Shown piece after piece: positions 1 through 8,763 of a stretch of DNA of 64,000 nt. Origin of the DNA: Candidatus Krumholzibacteriia bacterium (lineage in GTDB: Bacteria > Krumholzibacteriota > Krumholzibacteriia > LZORAL124-64-63); NCBI GenBank assembly GCA_942492615.1, contig CALOFL010000013.1, positions 72,839-136,838 on the forward strand. Direction: 5' to 3'. Both the position numbers and the translations under genes were made by a program. Positions within the stretch are counted from its first letter, which is position 1, and every line of letters starts with the position of its first letter. A model generated the notes under the pieces. That model had not been told where the DNA came from and ran no database searches. It saw only the letters and a program-made list of their open reading frames with translations.

Positions 1-1138
1 CGACCTCGCCGATGGCGTAAAGACGCGTGATATCTGGTCCGTCCCACCCGGTCGGTCGCCACGCCGCCGCACATGTAGTGGGCCGCCGGCACCACCGGAA
101 CCGGGTCGCCGGCCATGTCGATGCCGAAGCGGGCGCAGGTGCGCCACCAGGTTGGGGAAGCGCTCCTCCACCCTGGTCCCGGTCCAGGTGGCGCAGGTCC
201 AGGTAGGCGCAGGGGTCGCCGCTGGTTTTCATCTCCTGGTCGATGCTGCGGGCCACCACGTCCCGGGGTGCCAGGTCCGCCTGGGGATGGTAGCGCTGCA
301 TGAAGCGTTCTCCCCGGTGGTTGATGAGCACCGCGCCCTCGCCGCGCACGGCCTCGCTGATGAGGAAGCTCTTGGCCTCCGGATGGTACAGGCAGGTGGG
401 GTGGAACTGGACGAACTCCAGATTGCGCAGCTCGGCTCCGGCCCGGTAGGCCATGGCCAGGCCGTCGCCGGTGGCGATGTCGGGATTGCTGGTGTAGCTG
501 TACACCTTGCCGCAGCCGCCGGTGGCCAGCACCACGGCATCGGCCAGGTACGGCCGCAGGGTCAGCTCCGTCCGGTCCAGCACCGTGCAGCCGACGATCC
601 TGTCGCCGGGGACATCGTCCAGCCCCAGGTCGGCCGCCCTGACGAGGTCCAGACCCATGTGGTCCTCCTCCAGCGTGATGTCCGGGTGGGCGGCGCAGGC
701 CGCCAGCAGGCGCGATTCGATTTCCCGACCGGTCAGGTCCTGACAGTGAAGCACCCGTCGCCGGGAGTGGCCGCCCTCCCGGCCGAGGGCGAATTGGACA
801 CCATCCTGTTCACGGCTGAACTGGATGCCGTACGACAGCAGGCGCTCGATCAGATCGGGACCGGCTTCGACCATGCGCCGTACGACGTCCTCTCGGCACA
901 GGCCCGCTCCGGCGGTCAGCGTGTCGGTGATGTGGGACTCGAAATCGTCCAGCGGCGACACCGCCGCGGCGATCCCGCCCTGGGCGTAGTTGGTGTTGCT
1001 TTCCCGGCTTTCCTTCTTCGTCACCAGCCTCACGGTGCCCTGCGCGGCGGCCAGCAGGGCGAACTGGAGCCCGGCGATACCCGTGCCAACGACGAGGCAC
1101 CGGCTGACCACCGGCTCGGCGATGATTTTTGATCCCAC
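1..1138 (-). CDS. nadB: L-aspartate oxidase (3' end runs off the window)
   Basis: My translation of the minus strand from GTG at 1138: FAD-binding [22 protein letters not shown], and [13 protein letters not shown] near position 60-100. The frame is open to the window edge, so it is absent from the ORF track. Confidence 0.93.
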   Translation of the reverse strand, partial: MGSKIIAEPVVSRCLVVGTGIAGLQFALLAAAQGTVRLVTKKESRESNTNYAQGGIAAAVSPLDDFESHITDTLTAGAGLCREDVVRRMVEAGPDLIERLLSYGIQFSREQDGVQFALGREGGHSRRRVLHCQDLTGREIESRLLAACAAHPDITLEEDHMGLDLVRAADLGLDDVPGDRIVGCTVLDRTELTLRPYLADAVVLATGGCGKVYSYTSNPDIATGDGLAMAYRAGAELRNLEFVQFHPTCLYHPEAKSFLISEAVRGEGAVLINHRGERFMQRYHPQADLAPRDVVARSIDQEMKTSGDPCAYLDLRHLDRDQGGGALPQPGGAPAPASASTWPATRFRWCRRPTTCAAAWRPTGWDGPDITRLYAIGEV

Positions 1139-1292
1139 GATCTACCATCCTGGTAACAGGTTAGACATTTCCGGGAGGCCCTTCTACCGCCCATGCTAAA
1201 TACGCTAAAGGTCTTCCGCCATCGGTCGATCATAAACCCGTTATGGGAATTATGCATTCCTTGGAAAGTCTGTCCACCGGGAGGGTGATACT

Positions 1293-1886
1293 GTGAAATC
1301 CCGTGCGCTGATTGCGATGCTGGTCCTGCTGGTCGGTTTGACGGCCATGCCGGGCTGCTCCAGCGACAACAACGAACACCAGCGAGTTGTCTGTGAAGTT
1401 CTGTCGATCAATGGTGGGTCCCCCGTGGTCGCTGCGGCGCTGAATATCGGCGCGGACGCATCGAACACTAATGATGATTACGTGCCCATCGATATCGTTC
1501 CGGTGACGTTCCGTGCACGCACGTACAGCAACAGCGTCATCATCCCCGAGGACGACACCTACAGCTGGTTCCACGTCACGAGCTACACGATGACCTGGAC
1601 CCCCGGCGCCGGCGCTCCTCCGGAGCTGACGACCTACAACGTCACCGATGGACCGACGGACGTTCTGGTTCCGGTCGGTGAAGAGGGTGTCGTGGGGATC
1701 CTGGTGGCCGACGCCGGTATGAAGGCCGAGCCCTGGTTCCAGGACCTGCTCACTGGCGCGCGTACCCCCTGGACCGCGAACCTGAGTTTCCAGTTCCGCG
1801 GCCATGAATCCGGCAGCGAACACGAAGTGGTCATCCCCGCCGGGGTTGTCGTCACGTTCGTCGGCGCTGTCAGCGACAAGCAGTAG
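1293..1886 (+). CDS. Hypothetical lipoprotein, 197 aa
   Basis: GTG start after GGAGGG; basic N-terminus, hydrophobic stretch and lipobox-like AMPGC; beta-rich mature part; no family recognised. Confidence 0.75.
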   Translation: MKSRALIAMLVLLVGLTAMPGCSSDNNEHQRVVCEVLSINGGSPVVAAALNIGADASNTNDDYVPIDIVPVTFRARTYSNSVIIPEDDTYSWFHVTSYTMTWTPGAGAPPELTTYNVTDGPTDVLVPVGEEGVVGILVADAGMKAEPWFQDLLTGARTPWTANLSFQFRGHESGSEHEVVIPAGVVVTFVGAVSDKQ

Positions 1887-1889
1887 GGC

Positions 1890-3008
1890 TTACAAGCTCG
1901 CCTTATACGCCGCGTAACGCTCCTCGACCAGGTCGGGGAGCGTTGCGGTGTTTCCTTCCCAGTTGATTTCCAGCTCGGCCACCAGGACCGGCGGGCCGAC
2001 CCGCCAGTGGGCCTGGATCTTGATCCAGTCCTTGGCCGTCGTGATCAGACAGGACGCACCGGCAGCCGTGGCTTCAGCGGCGATGCGCGCCACCAGGCGC
2101 GGACCGTATTGCGCATGATCACCGCAGCGGACCGCCAGGACCGGCGGGGTGCCCGTCAGGTCCGCCGAGTGCCGCTCGAAGGCCTCCGGCCGGGCGATTC
2201 CCGACAGCACGGCCCAGGAGCCGGCAACCCGCGCGGGCTTTCCCGGCGCCCGGGGATCGGTCAGATGCAAGGTCCGGGAAAATCCGGTCACCGCGGCGCC
2301 GCCCTCGCCCGCTGGCGGCAGGTCGGCTTCCGTCTCCAGGATCCACAAAGCGGCACGGCCGGCGCCGGTGGTCGTTTCACGCCACGGGCCGAACGGGAAC
2401 AGAGGGCCGCTACCGGCCCGGACGGTCTCCCGGGATCCCTCCGTCAGGATTTCCCAGCGGTCGAGAATCAGGATGTCGAGGTGCCGCCCCAGGCGGGCCG
2501 TCTGGTGACCGTCCTCGATGACAATGAGATCCAGATCGGACCGCTGCCGCCCCAGTTCGCTCAAGCCGGCGAGGCGGTCGCGGGACTGCATCACGGGCCA
2601 CCGGGAGCCTTCAAGCCGTTGGGCCATCAGACGCGCTTCGTCGCCGGCATTTTGATTGGAAGCAATGACTTCCAACGGACCCTTGAGAGGCGACCCGAAT
2701 CCACGGGTCAGCACGGCGCCCTTCAGGCCGCGGCGCGCCAGCTCCTGGGCCAGAGCCATGACCACCGGGGTCTTGCCCGTACCGCCGAGGGCGAGATTGC
2801 CCACCGATACCAGCCACGGGGAGCCTGTCGGAATCGAACGCGAGGCCAGCCTGGGGAGCATCAGGCGATCCACGATGCGCCCCATCAGGCGCGGGCCCAG
2901 CCCCTGGTTGCGGTTGCCGTAGGCGGGCTCCTGGCGGCCCTTCGGTACGGATTGCCAACGGTTCGTCATGAAACGGACCGTCCAGGGCCTCAGGTCGAGG
3001 ATCTTCAT
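1890..3008 (-). CDS. lpxK: Tetraacyldisaccharide 4'-kinase
   Basis: SVGNLALGGTGKTP P-loop, LTRGFG, GDEA, GDH and TTAKD motifs; lipid A gene context. Confidence 0.9.
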   Translation of the reverse strand: MKILDLRPWTVRFMTNRWQSVPKGRQEPAYGNRNQGLGPRLMGRIVDRLMLPRLASRSIPTGSPWLVSVGNLALGGTGKTPVVMALAQELARRGLKGAVLTRGFGSPLKGPLEVIASNQNAGDEARLMAQRLEGSRWPVMQSRDRLAGLSELGRQRSDLDLIVIEDGHQTARLGRHLDILILDRWEILTEGSRETVRAGSGPLFPFGPWRETTTGAGRAALWILETEADLPPAGEGGAAVTGFSRTLHLTDPRAPGKPARVAGSWAVLSGIARPEAFERHSADLTGTPPVLAVRCGDHAQYGPRLVARIAAEATAAGASCLITTAKDWIKIQAHWRVGPPVLVAELEINWEGNTATLPDLVEERYAAYKASL

Positions 3009-3616
3009 GAATTGACCTCCTCCACGCCGAAGAATGCGGCCATCTGCCTTTTGAGGCCCGCAAAATCAGCGCCGGGATCGTGGCGCTCGGCCCGTAAGAG
3101 CGGCCCCACCTCGATGGCCGCGGATCGGAAGGGCACCGGAATGACCGTACGGTCCCAGGTCTTCAACACCAGCGGCCGGTCCAGGCGGGCCACCAGGGGC
3201 AGGATGACCGCGCCGGTCGCGCGCGCCAGATGGAACACGCCATCCTGAATGCGGCCATACGGACCGTCGGGGCCGTCGACCGCCAGACCGACGCTGTGCC
3301 CTTCCTCCAGCTCCCGCCTCAGTCCCACCAGCGCCCGACTCCCCCCGCTGCCGGTGGCGCCACGGACGTACCGGTAGTTCCGTCGGCCCAGGGTCTTGAC
3401 CAGGATGTCCCCGTCAGCGCTGTCGCTGACCATGAGTGCGGGTGCGGCCGGTTTCACGTAGATGATCGCCGGCAGTATGTCCCGGTGCAGGCAGGCGAAG
3501 ATGAACGGCCCGGCAGATGCGACTGCAGCCGGTTCGAAGGCGGGCAGCCGGGCGGCGGCGCTCACGATTCTCCAGGCGCCCGGGGCAAGCAGCAGTTTCA
3601 GCCCCTGCAGGAACAC
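3005..3616 (-). CDS. DUF374 / lysophospholipid acyltransferase-like protein
   Basis: VSDSADGD, VRGATGSGG, AVDGPDGP and LKTWDRTVIPVPF motifs typical of DUF374; overlaps the lpxK start. Confidence 0.8.
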   Translation of the reverse strand: MFLQGLKLLLAPGAWRIVSAAARLPAFEPAAVASAGPFIFACLHRDILPAIIYVKPAAPALMVSDSADGDILVKTLGRRNYRYVRGATGSGGSRALVGLRRELEEGHSVGLAVDGPDGPYGRIQDGVFHLARATGAVILPLVARLDRPLVLKTWDRTVIPVPFRSAAIEVGPLLRAERHDPGADFAGLKRQMAAFFGVEEVNS

Positions 3617-3617
3617 T

Positions 3618-4790
3618 TCAGGACCCCGCTTCGGGCGCGACCACCATCCGGTTCAGTTCCGCCGCGGTCCTGCTCCAGACCCCCGGACTGCCGCATACCC
3701 TGCGCAGGTTACGGGCGTGGCCGTAGAACTCCTGACGCTCGACCGGACGGGCCAGCCAGCGCAGCAGGGCGCGTGACAGCGGCAGCGGCGAGGCATCGTC
3801 CTGCAGATGTTCCTGGACCATGGCCTGCCCGAGGATGAGATTGCTCAGTCCGATGTGGGGGGTCTTGACCAGGCGTTTGCCGACGAAATGATTGATGGCG
3901 CCGGTCCGGTAGACCAGCTCGTGCGGCACGCCCGCCAGAGCCGCTTCCAGGCTGGCGGTGCCGCTGCACACCATGGCCAGGTCCGCGGTCTCCAGGAGTT
4001 CGGGCAGCCGCTTGCGGGAGAGTTCGAAACCGGAATCGAAAACCGAACTGATCTGGAGCGGGTCGACGCCGGGCGCGACACTGACGATGAACCTCACCTC
4101 CCGGTCGGGCAGGTGGGCTCCGACCGCCTGGGCGGTCACCTTCAACGTGGGCAGCAGGTGGGTCAGTTCCTGGCGGCGGCTCCCGGGCAGGATCGCGATG
4201 CGCAGAGGGCTTTCGCGGTCGTTGAATCGCGCTTCGCGCTCGCCCAGCCGCTCCTCGAACGGAAACGTGTCGGCGTAGTCCTCCATGAGGGGATGGCCCA
4301 TCGGGAAAACATCGAATCCCCGCGAAGAAAAGTACTCGGTTTCGAAGGGCAGGATCGTGCCCAGGCGGTCGACCTTGCGGCGGAAGCCGGGAATCCGCCA
4401 CGCGCCCCAGGCCCACACCTGGGGCGCGATGAGCCAGAATACGGGGATACCCAGCGCCTGGCTGCGCGAAGCCAGCTTACCGTTGAAACCGGGAAAATCG
4501 ATCGGAACGACCAGGTCGACCTTCTCCCGGGCAAGGTGGGACCAGATGCGCTTGCGCACCTTCAGGAACGCGGGGAGCGTGCGGACGACTTCGGAGAAAC
4601 CCATCACTGCCAGTGCGGTCGAATCGGCAACGATCTCGGCGCCCGCCGCGGCCAGCTTCTCGCCGCCGAAGGCCGATATGCGGATCTCCGGCGCCAACGC
4701 ACGCAGAGCGGCCGTCAAGGCCGCTCCGTATCGCTCGCCGCTGGCTTCGCCGCAGGAGATGAATACATGCCGGGCCCGTGAGCGACTCAC
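3618..4790 (-). CDS. lpxB: Lipid-A-disaccharide synthase
   Basis: GEASGE, IDFPGFN, APQVWAW, ILPFE, GHPL, LPGSRRQE and SGTASLE motifs. Confidence 0.96.
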   Translation of the reverse strand: MSRSRARHVFISCGEASGERYGAALTAALRALAPEIRISAFGGEKLAAAGAEIVADSTALAVMGFSEVVRTLPAFLKVRKRIWSHLAREKVDLVVPIDFPGFNGKLASRSQALGIPVFWLIAPQVWAWGAWRIPGFRRKVDRLGTILPFETEYFSSRGFDVFPMGHPLMEDYADTFPFEERLGEREARFNDRESPLRIAILPGSRRQELTHLLPTLKVTAQAVGAHLPDREVRFIVSVAPGVDPLQISSVFDSGFELSRKRLPELLETADLAMVCSGTASLEAALAGVPHELVYRTGAINHFVGKRLVKTPHIGLSNLILGQAMVQEHLQDDASPLPLSRALLRWLARPVERQEFYGHARNLRRVCGSPGVWSRTAAELNRMVVAPEAGS

Positions 4791-4824
4791 GAGTGGTCGC
4801 TCTTCGGGCCCGCAGTGGGAAACC

Positions 4825-5646
4825 TCACCGGACGATACCCCGATCGGACCGGCGGATGAAGGCCATCAGGGCCTCGATATGCCGGGACAGCTTGCAGTCC
4901 GAGGCGATCTTGTCGACCGCCTGGGTCACATTCAAGCCCGAACGGTAGAGCAGACGGTAGGCCTTCTTGACGTTCATCAGGTCCTCGTCGGTGAAGCCGT
5001 TCCGCTTCATGCCGATGCTGTTGACCCCGGCCACCTCGACCGGATTCCCGGCGACCTTGATGAACGGCGGCACGTCCTGGGGCAGGCGGCTGCCACCGCC
5101 GATGAAGGCGAAGGCCCCCACCCTGACGAACTGGTGGACGGGAGTCAGTCCGCCGATGGTCGCGTGGCTCTCCACCTCCACGTGTCCGGCCAGGTTCACC
5201 GCATTGGCGATGACCACCCGGTCGTGAATGTGGCAGTTGTGCGCGATGTGGACATAGGCCATCAGCAGGTTGTCGTCGCCGACGCGGGTCATGTCACCTT
5301 CACCGGTGGCCACGTGCACCGTGCAGTACTCCCGGAAGTCGTTGTTGTCGCCGATCTCGAGGAATGTGGTCTCCCCGTTGAATTTCTTGTCCTGGGGCTC
5401 GCAGCCGATGGCCGCGCCGTGGAAGAACCGGTTGTTGCTGCCGATGGTCGTCTTGCCCTCGATGAGGACGGACGTCCCGACAATGCAGTCCGGACCCAGC
5501 ACGACCTCAGGGCCGATCACCGAATGGGGACCGACCTTGACGTTGTGTCCCAGACGAGCCGTGGGATGCACCACCGCCGAGGGGTGTATCTCCGGTTCGT
5601 TGACGGGACGGGGACCGACAACCTTGTTGATCTTCATCGGATCCAA
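4825..5646 (-). CDS. lpxA: UDP-N-acetylglucosamine acyltransferase
   Basis: Hexapeptide repeats, PQDKKF, HIAHNC, VHQFVRVG, QDVPPF. Confidence 0.96.
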   Translation of the reverse strand: MDPMKINKVVGPRPVNEPEIHPSAVVHPTARLGHNVKVGPHSVIGPEVVLGPDCIVGTSVLIEGKTTIGSNNRFFHGAAIGCEPQDKKFNGETTFLEIGDNNDFREYCTVHVATGEGDMTRVGDDNLLMAYVHIAHNCHIHDRVVIANAVNLAGHVEVESHATIGGLTPVHQFVRVGAFAFIGGGSRLPQDVPPFIKVAGNPVEVAGVNSIGMKRNGFTDEDLMNVKKAYRLLYRSGLNVTQAVDKIASDCKLSRHIEALMAFIRRSDRGIVR

Positions 5647-5671
5647 GATAATCCTCCTTCAAAGCGGTGGG

Positions 5672-6985
5672 TCAACGTTCCACCACCGTGGACATCAAGT
5701 CCGCCTCGGCCACTTTCACGTCGCCGACGTAGGCGGTTCCCTTCATCTTGCAGATCGGACCCCGCAGCTTGCTCATCTCCAGTTCGAACCGGAGTTGATC
5801 ACCGGGGGTGACGGGTTGGCGGAATCGCGCGTTGTCGATGCCGCTGAAATAGACGAGCTTGCCTTCCGGGTCGTCGAAGCTGCTCAGCAGCAGGACGCCG
5901 CCGGTCTGGGCCATCGCCTCGGTGATCAGCACCGCCGGCATGATGGGGTGCCCGGGAAAATGCCCCTGAAAAAACGGTTCATTGATGGTCACGTTCTTGA
6001 TGCCCACCACGCGCTTGCCTGGTTCGAGTTCGATGATGCGATCGACCAGCAGGAACGGGTAGCGGTGGGGCATGATTTCCATGATGGAGCCGATATCCCA
6101 GAAATCCGCGTTCCGGGGCGGATAGATGCGCGGCATCTTCCGCTCGGGCTTGGCCAGCAGCCGGGTGAACTCCACGTTGCCGGCGTGCCCGGACAGCTTG
6201 GCCTGGACGTGGCCCTTGATCGGCATCCCCAGCAGGGTCAGGTCGCCGAGCAGGTCGAGGATCTTGTGGCGCACGCACTCGTCGTGAAAGCGGAGCTCCT
6301 GACCGCCGGCCAGCTTCCCGTCCTCGAAGACCAGGGCGTTCTCGAAGGTGCCCCCCTTGACCAGTCCCATTTCCTGAAGCCGCGCCACATCCTTCATCAT
6401 CGCGAACGTGCGGGCCGGGGCGATTTCCTTGCGGTAGCTAGTTGGGTGGACCTGGTAGGTCATGCTCTGGGTGCCGATGGCCTGGTCGTCGTACTCGATG
6501 ACGAACGAGAGCAGGAAATGATCGGCCGGAACGGCAAGGAGTTCGACATCGCCGCTGCGCCAGCTGACCGGACGGTTGATCTTGTAGTAGAGCGAGGGCA
6601 GGCCCTGATCCTGGATCCCGGCTTCGTCGATCATATCGACGTAGCTGAGGGCGCTGGCGCAGGCCGGTACGGGCGGTTCGCCACCCTGGAGCTTGATGTA
6701 GCAGTTCGTCACACCCATGCCCGCCAGGCCGGACAGGACGTGTTCCACGGTGTGGATCGTCACGCCGTCCTTGGCCAGGGTCGTGGCCCGGATGAGATCG
6801 CGTTCGGTGGTCACGTTTTCGACCAAGGCCGGGATACTGACCTCGCCGTCCGGCCCCGGAACGAGGAAGACCAGCCCGGTGTTGGGCGGCGCCGGGGCGA
6901 AGGTCATCCGTGCAAAAGCACCCGAGTGCAGCCCGACTCCTTCGGTGCTGACTTCCCGTCGCAGGGTTTTCTGGAACCAAAGCAC
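5672..6985 (-). CDS. lpxC/fabZ: Bifunctional LpxC/FabZ (deacetylase plus 3-hydroxyacyl-ACP dehydratase)
   Basis: N-terminal [31 protein letters not shown]; C-terminal [32 protein letters not shown]. Confidence 0.96.
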   Translation of the reverse strand: MLWFQKTLRREVSTEGVGLHSGAFARMTFAPAPPNTGLVFLVPGPDGEVSIPALVENVTTERDLIRATTLAKDGVTIHTVEHVLSGLAGMGVTNCYIKLQGGEPPVPACASALSYVDMIDEAGIQDQGLPSLYYKINRPVSWRSGDVELLAVPADHFLLSFVIEYDDQAIGTQSMTYQVHPTSYRKEIAPARTFAMMKDVARLQEMGLVKGGTFENALVFEDGKLAGGQELRFHDECVRHKILDLLGDLTLLGMPIKGHVQAKLSGHAGNVEFTRLLAKPERKMPRIYPPRNADFWDIGSIMEIMPHRYPFLLVDRIIELEPGKRVVGIKNVTINEPFFQGHFPGHPIMPAVLITEAMAQTGGVLLLSSFDDPEGKLVYFSGIDNARFRQPVTPGDQLRFELEMSKLRGPICKMKGTAYVGDVKVAEADLMSTVVER

Positions 6986-6991
6986 CTGAAA

Positions 6992-8059
6992 CTACTCCTC
7001 TTCCCCGGTCCGGGCGGCCGCGGATCCGGGGGAACTGCCTTCCAAGCGGTCGACCCGCTGCAGCAGGTCCGGCAACTTGCGCAGGAAGGCCTGCAGCCGG
7101 AACGACTCGCCGCGTTCGAGGGCCGGGGTCCCGAACAGCGTCTTGCCGTCCGGAACGTCGCCGATGATCCCTGACTGGCCGCCGATACGTACATCGGCGC
7201 CTATCCTGATATGATCGCCAACCCCCACCTGGCCGCCCGCGATGACGCGGTCACCCAGCTGGGAGCTCCCGGCGATACCCGTCTGGGCGCTGAGGGAGCA
7301 ATGCTTTCCGAGGATCACATTGTGCCCTATCTGAACCTGATTGTCGATCTTCGTTCCGGCGCCGATGACCGTCCTGCCGGTGGTCGCCCGGTCGATGCAG
7401 ACATTCGCCCCCACCTCCACCTGGTCCTGGATCTCCACGATCCCCACCTGGGGCACCTTGCGGATGCCTTCCGGACCGGGAAGATACCCGAAACCGTCGG
7501 AACCGATCACGGCGCCCGAATGAACGATCACCCGGTCGCCGATCAAGGTGCCTTCACGCACGGTCACCCCGCTGTGGATCAGGCAGTCCTCGCCCACGAC
7601 GCTGTCGCAACCGAGGATGACGTGCGCCCCGAGACGGGTGCCAGCACCGATGACGACCCCCGCACCGAGCACGCTGTAAGGTCCGATGGCCACACCCTGT
7701 CCCAGCACGGCGTCGGCAGGGACCACGGCCGTGGCGTGCACCAGCGGCGGAAACAGCCGGTCCGGATCGGTCTGCAGCAACTCCAGCAGGGTGGCGAACG
7801 CCCCGTACGGATCGTCGACCCTCACCGCCGGCAGCTCGACCTCGTGCTCGGGCCCCACCAGCACCGCCGCGGCGCCGCAACCGTCCAGGGCATCGGTCCT
7901 GGAGTGGCGGTTCACGAACGTCAGGTCGCCGGGACCGGCGTCGTCGATGCTGGCCAACCCGGTGATGACCGGATCTTCGCCGCCGACCAGTTTCCCGCCG
8001 ACGCGGGAGGCCACTTCGCTGAGATTGAGCGCCTGCATGTCCATTTCCGTGTTATGCAA
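6992..8059 (-). CDS. lpxD: UDP-3-O-(3-hydroxyacyl)glucosamine N-acyltransferase
   Basis: LpxD N-domain, hexapeptide repeats, DGFGY, PQVGIV, IDRAT, KIDNQVQIGHN. Confidence 0.96.
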   Translation of the reverse strand: MHNTEMDMQALNLSEVASRVGGKLVGGEDPVITGLASIDDAGPGDLTFVNRHSRTDALDGCGAAAVLVGPEHEVELPAVRVDDPYGAFATLLELLQTDPDRLFPPLVHATAVVPADAVLGQGVAIGPYSVLGAGVVIGAGTRLGAHVILGCDSVVGEDCLIHSGVTVREGTLIGDRVIVHSGAVIGSDGFGYLPGPEGIRKVPQVGIVEIQDQVEVGANVCIDRATTGRTVIGAGTKIDNQVQIGHNVILGKHCSLSAQTGIAGSSQLGDRVIAGGQVGVGDHIRIGADVRIGGQSGIIGDVPDGKTLFGTPALERGESFRLQAFLRKLPDLLQRVDRLEGSSPGSAAARTGEEE

Positions 8060-8117
8060 CCGCCCCCCACCCTTTCAGGCGAGGGGCTAAGCGCTGTTTC
8101 TTAAATTACTTGCTTCA

Positions 8118-8145
8118 ATTTCAGTGTCGCCTGCGACCCTGTCAA
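8118..8145 (-). promoter_or_regulatory. Possible sigma70-type promoter for lpxD-lpx genes
   Basis: TTGACA (8145-8140), 16 bp, then TGAAAT (8123-8118) in an AT-rich intergenic gap; the -10 match is weak. Confidence 0.35.
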
Positions 8146-8162
8146 CCAAAATCAGGTTGTCC

Positions 8163-8708
8163 CTACTGGTCGCCGCGGGCCAGGGCGGCGAGGACGTCGT
8201 TGGTCAGATCGTAGTCGGAATCGATATAGAGCACCGCCAGCGCCGCCGAATCGACGATTACGCCGTAGCCCTTTTCCTTGCCGATCCGTTCCACGATGGT
8301 CTTGATCTGGTCCAGAATCGGGCTGATCTTCGCCTTGTACTCGGATTCGGCCTTCTGGTCGATGCCTTCACGGAACTGGAAATAGTCGGCCCTTTTGGCC
8401 TCGAACTGCTGCATCTTGGTGGCCAGGGCATCCTCGCCCAGCAGCATCCGCTGGCTTTCGATCTCTTCCATCATGGACGAGAGTTCCTTCTCCTTCTCGG
8501 ACACCTCGAGCTCCAGCTCCCGGATGTACTTCTGGTACTGCTCCTGGGCGTCGCGGGCGGCTTCGTATTCCTCGGCGATCCGCTGGGAATCGACCACCGC
8601 CAGCGGCCTGTCATCGGCACCCAGCGCGGTCAGCGGGGCGCTCATGGCCACCACGGCGACCAGGGCCAGCGTTCCCGAAACCATGCGGAAATTTCTGTGA
8701 AACGTCAT
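8163..8708 (-). CDS. skp: OmpH/Skp periplasmic chaperone
   Basis: Start reassigned to ATG 8708 behind GGAGGA; signal peptide, AVVDSQRI, coiled coil, IVDSAALAVLY..DLTNDVL; directly after bamA. Confidence 0.9.
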   Translation of the reverse strand: MTFHRNFRMVSGTLALVAVVAMSAPLTALGADDRPLAVVDSQRIAEEYEAARDAQEQYQKYIRELELEVSEKEKELSSMMEEIESQRMLLGEDALATKMQQFEAKRADYFQFREGIDQKAESEYKAKISPILDQIKTIVERIGKEKGYGVIVDSAALAVLYIDSDYDLTNDVLAALARGDQ

Positions 8709-8763
8709 TTTATTCCTCCGGCTCCTTCGGGAACCAGGCTGGGCAGATTTCCTGTCCTTGTGA

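Noticed and set aside
1194-1210. GCTAAA direct repeat in the nadB/lipoprotein divergent region as an NAD regulator site
   Set aside because: Does not match the NadR, NiaR, NrtR or Rex sites I know, and is too short to support.
1890-3008. LpxK motif changes (EDGHQT for DDGFQH; TTAKD for TTEKD) as a pseudoenzyme
   Set aside because: The P-loop and DH catalytic pair are retained and LpxK is a divergent family; insufficient evidence of inactivity.
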